Assembly: GCF_041146345.1 (NCBI RefSeq)
Contig: NW_027191405.1
Location: 1,240,001 to 1,304,000, forward strand
Source: Neodothiora populina
Taxonomy: Eukaryota
Direction of reading: 5' to 3'
DNA length: 64,000 bases
Part shown: positions 38,555-50,919 of the stretch, piece by piece
How positions within the stretch are numbered: the stretch's first letter is position 1
Layout of the letters: every line of letters begins with the position of its first letter
Notes under the pieces: model-generated
The model's input: only the letters and a program-made list of their open reading frames with translations
Told to the model about the DNA's origin: nothing
The model's database searches: none
Made by a program: the position numbers and the translations under genes

Positions 38555-39945
38555 TTAACTTCCGATAGATGATGGGGACTTCGGGCCCTCTCCCTGGAGG
38601 AGAGGCCTCTGAAAAGTCTCAATATAAACCTTCCCCTTCAGCAGCGTAGCCAAACGTTCCAAGACATCGGCCTGCATGAAACCCACTGAGTCGCCTTGGT
38701 TCTGGTGGTACCCGGAACCATCAAAAGATTGTCCTCGGAGATGCTGTGCTGAACGTCAACTTGCTTGATTCGAGCGATCGTCTTTGCCGCCCTAGTGCAA
38801 ATGTGACCTCGAAGTAGCTCGTTGTCTCTGTAGAGTCGATTGAAATGTGGAGGTGGGCGGGCCTTTCTCTTGCAATGCCATATGTATTGCTTCCAGTCTC
38901 TGCTGTAGCACAGCTCCGCTGATCTCAGGCTGTCTAAGAAAGTCTGAGGAACCTCGATTCTGATCAGCCATGTTTCATTGTTTTCGACGCGTCTCTCAGC
39001 CCATAGGCGGTACTGCTCGGCGGTCTCTTTCTCGGGGGTCCAGTACCAAACAGCACGATCATAATTGAAATCTCCACCAGGGCCAGTTTGCAAGAGATCG
39101 AGATGTATGCTCCCGTCGTGCTCATCAATCAATGTGTTGAGCCCTCCTAGTACAGCTGCTTTGCCCGTGTACAGGACGCAATGGTCAGCCCTGACCGGGC
39201 GGGCAGCCTCAACAGAGATCCAACGGGTTAGGGGGCCAGCACCTGGTGGGCGTGCGTCTATTGCGATGCTAGTCGTATTTGTTGTTGGTAGTGGCGTGAA
39301 GTCTCCTTCCAGACTGCCTCGCTGAGCCTTCTTGGCCTTCGACTTCTTCGCATGTTCTTTGAGTCGATCTCTGATGTCTTCGTAGCCGTCGTATCTCAAA
39401 GTAAAAGTGTCTTTCAGCCAGTATGCTAGTGTCTCGGTTTCGCGTATTGCCTCGAAAGCAGGGTCGGTCAAGGCATCGATAGTATCTTTATCGATACCGA
39501 GGCGAGCCATTGCATCTTCTGGGGAGAGACGTTCCATGTCGGGATTTCCGATCTGTGATGAATGGGCGGTGACATAGCGTAAGAGATCGTCTGGGCTATT
39601 GCCTCGTGCTGACCATCTTGCGAAGATCCTCGCAGCCATTGTTTCGATGAATCCAATTAGTTCGAGGGTCGTGACGCTGTCCAGGACTTCGGGATGTTCG
39701 AGGGTTTTGTTGCCAGTTGATGTGTAGCTGCGGAATCTAATCGAACCCGAAGCACCAGAAGAAGACGACGAAGAAGAAGTGGAGGCGAGGGAGGAACCAC
39801 CACTGGTTGGCGGACTCAGCAGAGCTGCGCTGACCTTTCTTTTACCAGGTCGACTGGTAGGTCACACGACACCATCTTGCTCAAGCGTTGCAAAAACGAC
39901 AGGGCTGATGTCTTCTGCGGACAGAGCTTGCTGATGGATCGACAT
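38555..39945 (-). pseudogene. Uncharacterised gene with a C-terminal DUF3990/ADP-ribosyltransferase-like domain, disrupted by a premature stop and a 1-nt frameshift
   Basis: ATG 39945 (caaccATG, TATA about 50 nt upstream) is in frame with ORF 38638..39639 except for a TGA at 39864-39862. At the A3 run 38679-38681, one extra base converts ATQWVSCRP into ATQWVFMQADVLERLATLLKGKVYIETF, with a stop at 38555. Motif order is VLYTG..GGDF..WYWT..AEQY..WA.RR..IRIEVP..W.QY..LLRGHIC..QWVF. The fold call is an inference. Confidence 0.7.
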
Positions 39946-39959
39946 GGTTGATTAATGGA

Positions 39960-40496
39960 GAGCAAGAAGGCAGAGGTGGAGCTGAGCGAGGCTTTTATAA
40001 AAGTGGTGGAAAGCTTGTTCTGCTGGCTGCCTATATTGATTCAAGTAGTTTGATGGCTGATGCGTCAGATGAAGTCGATGTTAAAGAAGTTCCAGCCGTT
40101 GGTTGATGGAAAGCAAAGGAAGATAGAAGTGGAGTTGAGCGAGGCTTTTATAGATGTGGTGGTGAAAGCTTACTGCAGCATGTGCTCGCTGCCTAAATCA
40201 GGTGAAGGGAGTCTGACGGCTAGTGAGTCAAACCAAGGCAAATGAAGTCATGAGAATCAATTTGATGCAAAGCAATGAGGGAAGAAGTGAGGTCAAGCGA
40301 GCATGGTGGTGAAAGCTTGCTGCATGTGTTTGTTGTCTAAGTCAGGTGAAGGAGATTTGATGGCTAATGAGTCAGATGAAGTCGAATGAAGTCATGAAGT
40401 TGATATTTGATCGTAAGCAAGGAAGGTATAGTGAGCGAGGTCTGCTAGAACTGGTGGAGGAAAGCTTGTTACAGCACGGGCGCGCTGCTTAAATCA
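39960..40496. repeat. Degenerate tandem repeat, about 150-bp unit, about 3.5 copies (amplified promoter unit)
   Basis: Anchor GAAAGCTT at 40009, 40164, 40311 and 40460 (spacing 155, 147, 149). Each unit also carries (G)AGCGAG, TGGTGG and AGCAA blocks; the full-length units add TGAYGGCT..TG(A/C)GTCA and ATGAAGTC. Confidence 0.88.
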
Positions 40497-40774
40497 CTGA
40501 TATCACATTCACTCAAGGTGTACATGATACAGTCAGGTCATGTGAGAATAGATGGGAACTGATTCAATGTCTTTCTTCGGTGACGATTCGGCAGTCGCAG
40601 AAAGCTTCGCGAATAATGATACTTAGAGCGGGATGCCGACCATGAACCACATTTCTATTTCATAAAGAAATATATACAGTTGCCGGATCGTCCGCTTGCG
40701 TGTGCGCTGCACAGTGCCTCGTTCATGTCAACGAAAACAAAGCGAGGCCATGTCGATTCTGCCTTGGGCGGAAC

Positions 40775-41216
40775 CTAGTCGGATGTCTCGGGGTCGGCGA
40801 GGATACCCTCAGCTTCGAGCCGTCTCCTGGCCTCCTCGAGGGCCCACGTTTGGATGCTGCGAGTGACAACGTTAGTTTGTTTCTAGAGCACAAGAATTGG
40901 CCTTTGTCTTTGGGGCTGTGTGTGGATTGGCGCACCTGGTGTCGGGCTTGTAGCAGTATCCAATGACACACAAGGCGAGAGGCGCGAAGAAGCCCCAGTA
41001 CCAGATCTTCTCCCAGCCCTCGTTCTCGTACTTCTCGCCCGGCTTGACTCCGAACAACCATCCGCCCGGGGGGTTGTAGTGGTCTCCATGTGACTCGGCG
41101 CTGCGGAGTTGTGATGTGATCGAGAGGTGTCTCTGGGCGGTCATGGTGCGAGGGATGGCGACGGAAGTCTGTAGCGCTTTAGCCCTGCGGGCGAAGGTGG
41201 ATCGTAGGCTCTGCAT
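40775..41216 (-). CDS. NDUFB11: NADH:ubiquinone oxidoreductase (complex I) ESSS subunit, mitochondrial
   Basis: Presequence, then YNPPGGWLFGVKPGEKYENEGWE, a TM helix and KPDT|SIQTWALEEARRRLEAEG across intron 40935-40857. Confidence 0.92.
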
Positions 41217-41558
41217 GACGGCGCGAGTGTGGTGTGTTGCCGTGATTGAAGGATCGATGTGTCTTGGTGTTCGAGGCCTGGCGAGACCTTGTGAGGTGAT
41301 TGAATTGGCTGAGAGTTAATTGGGTGACTCTCAAGTCGCAGTTCCGTCGCCCGTCGTCGTCTCGATGAGGTTCAGCCCGCCGGATTTTGCCAAGCCCAGC
41401 CTCTGTCCTTTCGCCCTTCAGCCCTATCGCCGCCCATTTTCTTGGCAATTACTGTCAATGATCTGTGATTTGTGATTCTTCTATATATACTCATGCACTA
41501 CTGACGAGAGGCATGTGGCAAGCCGGGTCGAGCACGATACAAGTGTGGTCTCACTCCT

Positions 41559-43387
<1,829 letters not shown>

Positions 43388-44584
43388 TTACGCTATCGAC
43401 AATAGTATATAGGAAGAGGAGCAGGAAATCAAAAGGAATAGAAGACCAGGACTTGAGTCGAGCTTTCAGCCAGCTTGCAAATGCTAAGACTTCGTCATCA
43501 CTAGATCAGGAGCGAGCAGCACTTCTTCCCGGTCTGAACGTGGTCCGAGAAAGAACCAATTACATTGCTCAACCCAGACCTCATGCGAAGTACTCATAGT
43601 ATCATAGTAGACTCCCCCCACCAGACCCAATGTACCTTATTATAAAGTCGGTCTGCATCACTCGTCGGTAACACCTCGCCCTCCTCTCACATCACAGATT
43701 GTCTTACCATATGTGCACGTCATCATCCAATGGGCGCGTTGTGCAGATTGGTCCCCGCACTTCGGGCTCCACTGTCTTGCACCTTGCCTGCCTTTTATCA
43801 CGATGAAGAGGGGCACCGCTTATCTCGCTCGAGGTATGCGAGCATCTAATTCATGCAGATGGGATTAAAGATGGCGTCGTATCATTGTGTACAAATGATT
43901 GCTGTTACCACCCTTTTTCAAAGTGACAAGACTCTCGAACCATCAGCATGCCCACGAGATGCAATGGCAATCGGTCTTGGTCAATACTGAAGACACGAAT
44001 TAAGCTTGTTGGCATCTCATCATAATGGACCAACGCCATATACAAGAATCTGTAAAATTGGATCACCTTTTGACATTGCCAACAATTGAACAGCTTTTTT
44101 ATGATAATAGCGGGTCATGTTCGGTCTCGGAATCCGCATAACATGAAAGCCCATGAGTCAGACGAGTTCGCGGCAATATGGTTCAGACTAAACATGCGAT
44201 ATCCCCCCCATGATTGCCAATGTAACAACGCGATATCCTTAGATAGCTGCCCCGTTTGCACTCCCATGTTTGCTACACGGTGGAGACCAACATGTCAGAG
44301 GAGTTTCACTACGAATAATAGCGAGATCCTTGCGAATATCGTCTCAAGATATCTGCTACTTAAGCCCTGAAAGTTGTGATTTATTCTAGTCTCTGCCTAA
44401 CCGAATTCGGAAAATCGGATGCTGTATCGTGCTACAAAAGTAAAGTACCCGACCGTCCGTACAGTACTGTATACCGCGGCCGATCGCTAACGCTAGCGCC
44501 ACTTTTTACCTATTAGTTATCCTTAACGTTGATTACGAGCGTCAATTCTGGATATCATTCCGCGCAGCCTTAAGTCGGCGGAAA

Positions 44585-46171
44585 ATGTCAGAACCACACG
44601 TGCTGAAGCACTCGCATACTCCGTACAAGAAAAGGGATTCACCCGAGCATACGAGTCGTCCCAGCTCAAAACATGAGCCTGGGCATGATGCGCCGTCTGC
44701 CACGAACGGTCATTCCATGAGCAATGATGCTAGACAGTCAAGGGAGGTCGAAAAGCATGACGAGCAAGACATCGACCCGGAGAGCCCACTATCATCCGAC
44801 GATGAAGACATCTCTGCATCAGCGCTTGAAGAGGAGCTCGATCGCGCTGAATTTGACCCCTTTTACGAACATGGTAGGTTTTTCAATAGAGTATTTGAGC
44901 GTAATCTCATATGTACAGATGTCTCCGCAGATGATGCTTATCCCGCAGAGGAAGCCAAAGCATTGCGCGAAAAACTCCGTGAGGTTGGCCCGAACAGATT
45001 CATCCATCAGAAAATCACCAGAGAAGATGTTCCCATGCGAAAAATGGTAACGATCTTTGGTATCCGACCAGACTTACCATACTCAGAAGCATGGTATTGT
45101 CGTGCTTTGGGGCTTGCGATCCAACGTGAATTGCGAAAGCGATATAGATTGCCACAGTACAATACCATTGATGACGCTGTCTCTCTGCTCCAGAGCTGCA
45201 AGAATATTGTGGTGATCACGGGTGCCGGCATTTCAACCTCCTTAGGTATCCCAGACTTCCGGTCCAAGAACACCGGATTTTATTCGCAGCTTCTGGAGCG
45301 AGGTTTTGAGAGTCCTGAAGATGTCTTCGATATTCAGAACTTCGATGACGATCCGAGCCACTTTTATCAGCTAGCGAACGAAATTCTTCCAATCACTGAC
45401 AAATGCTCACCGACTCATGCGTTCATCAAGCTGCTGCAGGACAAAGGAAAGCTTCTGACAAATTACACACAGAACATTGACAACATCGAAGCCTTCGCGG
45501 GTATCACTCCTGACAGGTTGATTCAATGCCATGGCTCGTGGGCCACAGCGACATGCCGCAAATGCGGATATACTGTATCCGGCGATGTTATCTTCGCCGA
45601 TGTCAAGGCACAGCGTGTTTCCCGATGTCAAAAATGCAGTGAGATGGTCCTGCAGAAACCTCGAAAGCGCAAACGGGCTTCACAGGGCGGGAGCAAGTCG
45701 CGCAAGTCCAGTTACTCCGATAGCGAGGACGACGGACAGTACGACATTCCAGAAGCCGGGGTAATGAAGCCCAATATAACCTTTTTCGGAGAGAAGTTGC
45801 CAAATACATTTTTCGACAGATTGACAGAACACGATGTTTCAAAGGTTGATCTTGTCGTCGTTATTGGCACGTCCATGAAAGTCGCGCCAGTGTCGGAGAT
45901 GTAGGTTTACGCAAGCATACGTTCCAACATCTGGCATCGCTAATGGTACCACAGACCACACTACATTTCTCCAAAGGTCCCGCAAATCTACATATCGCGA
46001 GAACCTGTAGACCACATCAACTTCGATATCACTCTACTCGGATATTGTGATAGTGTGGTGGCAGAACTTTGTAAACGAGCTGGATGGCAACTCGATCACT
46101 TGATGATACCGCCCGACTTCGAGACGAACGTCGAGGGCACTAACCGACCTGGTACATGGGTAATAGATTGA
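44585..46171 (+). CDS. SIR2: NAD+-dependent histone deacetylase, Sir2/Hst1 class
   Basis: Motifs [30 protein letters not shown], zinc ligands [17 protein letters not shown] and [11 protein letters not shown]. Introns 44874-44918 and 45901-45953; last exon [20 protein letters not shown]. Confidence 0.95.
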
Positions 46172-47366
46172 TGATTTTCAGGACCTTATTGTGCTAGAAC
46201 TGTTGTATCTCTCTACTAGATGGCGTCTGGAGTACCTACCTAGTCGGTCATGTTTTGTTATGCTTGCGGCAACACGTATTTGAGTTTCATAGATTAAGAT
46301 ACCCAGTACATAATAAAAACCAAAAGGAAAGGCAACACGCGACGATATTAAATGTCAGCCTACTTATAAATCTACACAAGTATCAAGGATCTAAGAAAAG
46401 AAGCACAGCACGCTTGTAATGCATCACGTAACAACATACCGATGCATGCCTAGAGTACGATAATCATCATATTCGACTTGCCTTGCATCGCCTCACCATA
46501 CTATACCTTACAAGTACGACGCACATGCATCTCTATTACGGTACATGCGTGGGAATTGGCGTGCATTAGGTTTCGAAAGCTAGTGCTTCCTCACCGAAAG
46601 GATAAATGCAGCGGGACCTGAAAATGCTCAGCTGAGGAGAGGGAACAGGAGACGGAACCTTAAAAAAAAAGAGCAGCAGCAGCAGCTCATCATGGGCCGT
46701 GGCTGGTTCCTAACGTTTCGAGAAGGCTTCACCAAGAGAACTAGCGAGTTTCGGTGATATTGTCGATGATTCGACACGGGAAGAACGCGAGTAACCTGCA
46801 GCGCCCGTCCCGTCTCAAAAAAAGCAGCAGATCCAAACGACCGATCACCATGCGATCCTTGAATGTCTGCGTCGCCACGCCCAACGAAAAAACCAGAGGC
46901 ACGGTGCTTCGCCATGCCGTGCGTGGCACTCGTCGTGGTTTGCTTGCGCGTTTGGTCCAAATAAAGATCTCGATTCCTGGGGTGAAGTGCGCCACCTTTC
47001 CCCAAGTGGATTGGGGGTGGGGTGCGAAAGGGGAGATGTGACCAATCATGACTTGATATAGAGGGCCTCGAACGGTTATAGTCAGCTCTTCCCTGCAGGT
47101 ACAATAGATGCAAGTACAGGAATCCTCGTTGTGGCGTGCGCATGCTGAGGAATAATTGCATGTTGCCGAGTGAAAAGTCAATCACGTACTTTCATACAAG
47201 AATAAAGGCAAAGGTCGCCATCTCTTTCCCCCCTTACTTATTATTCTTTCATCAGCAATTATTCTCCACTGTCGCTTCTGACATAAAGACTGCATTACAT
47301 ACGTAGTATAATCTTCTGATCGACTAATCGATCAATTTCCTTTGAGACAGCCACATAACTTTCAAA

Positions 47367-48133
47367 ATGCAATTCAAGGCCATCACTCTGCTCGCCCTTT
47401 CGGCTGGTGCTATTGCTGCACCTGAGAAGAGACAGGAGAAGAGACAAGAGGCTGCAAGCTACAACACGTAAGTCTTGTGTATTCTTGCCAATATTTGATA
47501 AGAGATTGCTAACCACTGCCCAGTCTGTCTGTATTCTCGGTCCTCCAGACTGCTCTTCCTTCGTCTGTCCTTCTAGGAGCCTTGACCAACTCTGCCTCGG
47601 TCTACTCTCAGATCGCCTCTGAATTCGCAGCTGGCTCAACACCCACATGGTTCACTGGACTCCCTAGCGATGTTCAGAGTCTGTTTGTCCCCGCTGCAAC
47701 CAACTCTGCCGCTCTCAGCTCGGTCGTCGCCAACTTGACTTCTGCCGCTGCCAGCAGCGGTGCCACTGTCGTCCCTGTCGTCGGGTCCAACTCCACTGCC
47801 GGTGTCGCCAACGGCACTGTCATCTCACCCTTCCCCACCGGCAACTCCACCAGCGGCAGCGGTAGCGGTATCAACGGAACCACTGGAGGCAACTCGACCC
47901 TCGGAGGCTCCTCAAGCAGAAGCGGGACTGCACGTCTCAGCACCTCGACTGGCTCTTCTGGATCTTCAGCATCTGGTACCAGCGGTTCTCCCGGCTCAGG
48001 CTCGGGTTCTTCTGGATCTTCCGGATCTGCAGGATCGACCTCGACCTCCGCTGGTGGTGCATCTATGCCCACTGCCGTATACGGCATGGGACTCGCTGGT
48101 GCTGTCGGCATCGTCGGTCTCTTGGCTTTGTAA
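47367..48133 (+). CDS. Secreted Ser/Gly/Thr-rich, probably GPI-anchored cell-wall protein
   Basis: Signal peptide MQFKAITLLALSAGAIA, then APEKRQEKRQ (Kex2-type sites), intron 47468-47523, TPTWFTGLPSDVQS motif, many NST/NGT sequons and a hydrophobic C-terminal GPI signal. Confidence 0.88.
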
Positions 48134-48536
48134 AGAACGGACACTCCGTTCGTCTGTTTCTGCCTTGCGACCGTCATGTTTCAGTTCAACGGAAATGTAT
48201 GGGAATTAGTCGGCGCAGATGATCTCTGCAAAAGCACTTCTTACACACACTTATAATTTACATTTAACTTACCTTCCAACCCTTTTCTACATGCCGTAAA
48301 GAACGAATGCCTCGTTCGTCCACGCATGACAATTGCCCGAAGTCTTGTTTTGCCGTTCAGACATTTCAACAATGGGAAATGTCACCTGCGGGATTCTTGA
48401 TATCGTGATGTTCATTTCCACAAATAAAGTTCAGGAGGCACGAGATCTGCACGATCAACGGATCAGAGAGCCTGACTTGACGATCATGAAACAGCCAAGA
48501 CCCCGGCCAATGTACGGGTAGTTTCGACAGCGTGAG

Positions 48537-48541
<5 letters not shown>

Positions 48542-48575
<34 letters not shown>
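48542..48575. repeat. (AG)n microsatellite, about 17 units
   Basis: Perfect dinucleotide run. Confidence 0.95.
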
Positions 48576-48577
<2 letters not shown>

Positions 48578-49002
48578 GGGATCATACGAGGTGAAATGAT
48601 ATATGTGTAGTGCCATGTCTCCAGTCATGCGATGGGTCGATTGTGAAGAGTAATGTAAAGATGCATATAGTGCATTAATTGTACAATTGTGAATCCTCAA
48701 GTACCTTACGAAGCGTCCTGTACCTTATGTGTTAGCAGTACCACTCGCTCTGCCCGCCTCGGCACAGATTAAGCAGCGTGCAGGGAACCTCAAATAGACC
48801 TCCGCATCTTATAAAGAGAACCTGGAGAAAGGTGATGTAATGGATAAGTAAACCCCGAACTCCATATATCCGCCGTAGTGATATGAGCTCAATCACCTAC
48901 TAGACATCAAGTATATACAGTAGCTAGGCCCTCCTTTTCACTAACGCTATATATCGCCCCGTGCAATCTTGTGTTTCTGAAAAGTAAAAAGGGAAAGCGA
49001 CA

Positions 49003-50273
49003 ATGTTTTCTCAAGCATCAAAACGTGTCTCCGCGGCTGCTTCACGCGTGAGTCAATTGACAGCACAGTTGTCGTCCGGCGGTGCGCAACAACAACAACT
49101 TAGACTAGCGCACGAGGGAACGACGTTTAAGTTGAATACAGGGTAAGCATGTCCGCCTCTCACCACCTCAGAGCGAGGAACAGGTCCTAGAAGTGCAAAT
49201 TGACGAAAGAACAGCGCCTCGATCCCGGCTATCGGCTTCGGGACATGGCAAGACAAAGAAGCCCAGGAACCAGCAGTCAGCGCCGCGCTGCGGAGCGGAT
49301 ACAGACACATCGATACGGCGCGCATCTACGGCACCGAGCCAGCAGTCGGCAACGCGATCAAGAAGTCTGGAGTTCCTCGCGAGGAAATCTTCGTCACTAC
49401 TAAGCTGTGGAATAATATGCATCACCCGGATGATGTCGAGAAGGCGCTCGATGCTAGCCTGAAGGATCTGGGGATGGATTCTGGTGTGTATTATCTTCTG
49501 TCTCCTGAAATGTGATGGATGCTTTCGGTGTGAGATTGTCATCAGACAACTGATTTGTGTTTGTGTAAAGTGGAATTGTATCTCATGCATTGGCCGTCAC
49601 CCTTCGCCAGGGGCGATTCCGCCTTTCCCAAAGAAAACGGCAAGACCAAGGTCGGAGAGACGGACTTTGTCGACACTTACAAAGCCATGGAGAAGGTCTT
49701 CAAGTCCGGCAAGGCCAAGGCGATAGGAGTGTCGAACTTCAGCCTTGCCGAACTGGAACGACTCATCAAAGAAACCAGTGTTGTAAGCAATATGCTTTAC
49801 TGCTCGATGCAGAAAGTCCCGCACACAAGCGCTGACTCGTAGCCCAGGTCCCAGCAGTACATCAAATTGAGTGTCATCCATACCTGCAGCAAAAAGCCTT
49901 CTACGACTGGCACAAGTCCAAAGGCATCCACGTGACACAATACTCTCCATTCGGCAACCAAAATGAGATCTACTCCAAAGGCCAAAACATGGGTAAATTG
50001 ATCGAAGACGCCACGCTCGTCGAGATTGGTAAGAAGTATGGCAAGTCCGGTGCCCAGACTGCTTTGGCGTGGGGCATAACCCACGGTCGAAGCGTCATCC
50101 CCAAGAGCAAGACCGAGTCGAGAATCAAGCAGAATCTCGAGGGTGACTTTATTCTCGAGGACGCGGATCTGGCCAAGATTGATGCCATCGATCGTAAGTT
50201 GAGGTTCAATGATCCTTCTGCAAACTTTGGTTGGGACTTCTATAGCGATCTGAATGGAAAGCAGAAGGCGTGA
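49003..50273 (+). CDS. Aldo-keto reductase (glycerol dehydrogenase Gcy1/Ypr1-like), 4 exons
   Basis: FKLNTG|ASIPAIGFGTWQ, GYRHIDTARIYG, IFVTTKLWN, LYLMHWP, KAIGVSNF, HQIECHPY, TQYSPFG and VIPKS. Three GT..AG introns. Confidence 0.93.
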
Positions 50274-50919
50274 GGAAGGCAGGTCGCGTTGATGAGAAAT
50301 GTATAGCTTTTTTTGAAATCTAATGTGACAGTAAGGTATACTGGCCATCGTACAGGATCGAAGAAGACAGAAATACCCGTCGCTCCTTCCTGTCTGTCTG
50401 TTCTCAATCCCTCACATGGCTGTCTTCGATGTCTTTCATCAACGAAATCTTACAGGGGTACAGTCGGCGAAACCGAGTGGAATAAATAATCGCCCCCGGT
50501 GACATTCTCCCTTTTCGCAGTCCCTGGTAGCCTACTAAGACCAGATCATAGCATTCACAGACCGAACGGTATCAATAACTAATAGCAAGAACGGGGATCT
50601 GGTCCAGAAGCTGTGGGACGATATAGCACATCTGCGTGCCCACTCGTGCGTTTCTGGTGCATCGAAGCACGATGGAGGACTGTAGCCTAGTAGCATAGGC
50701 CTTCGTCTCGTGGATATCACAAAAGTCTTGATCAAGCAGGAGCGGTATTGTTCATTTACCGAGAGGACTGCAGCATCTCCAAATGCTTTTTTTATCTTAC
50801 ACGAGATGCTGCAGCTAAGTATTCACCTGGCTCACTACTAGGATTATATCCTGTCGCTAGACTCAGCGATCAGGCATGACGTCGACACTTCTCGAAGTAA
50901 GCAGTCATCGAGACGCGAT

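Noticed and set aside
39862..39864. Premature stop rescued by splicing or A-to-I editing
   Set aside because: The flanking GT..AG spans only about 20 nt, too short for an intron. Fungal stop-codon editing is known mainly for UAG in Sordariomycete sexual stages, and the second lesion favours decay. It cannot be excluded without RNA data.
28711..40019. DNA transposon with terminal inverted repeats carrying the TF pair
   Set aside because: No transposase or tyrosine recombinase and no evident target-site duplication. The inverted homology is a gene plus promoter and the cargo looks like ordinary resident genes.
39960..40496. CRISPR-like repeat-spacer array
   Set aside because: The sequence between the anchors is itself homologous from unit to unit, there are no unique spacers or cas genes, and the context is eukaryotic.
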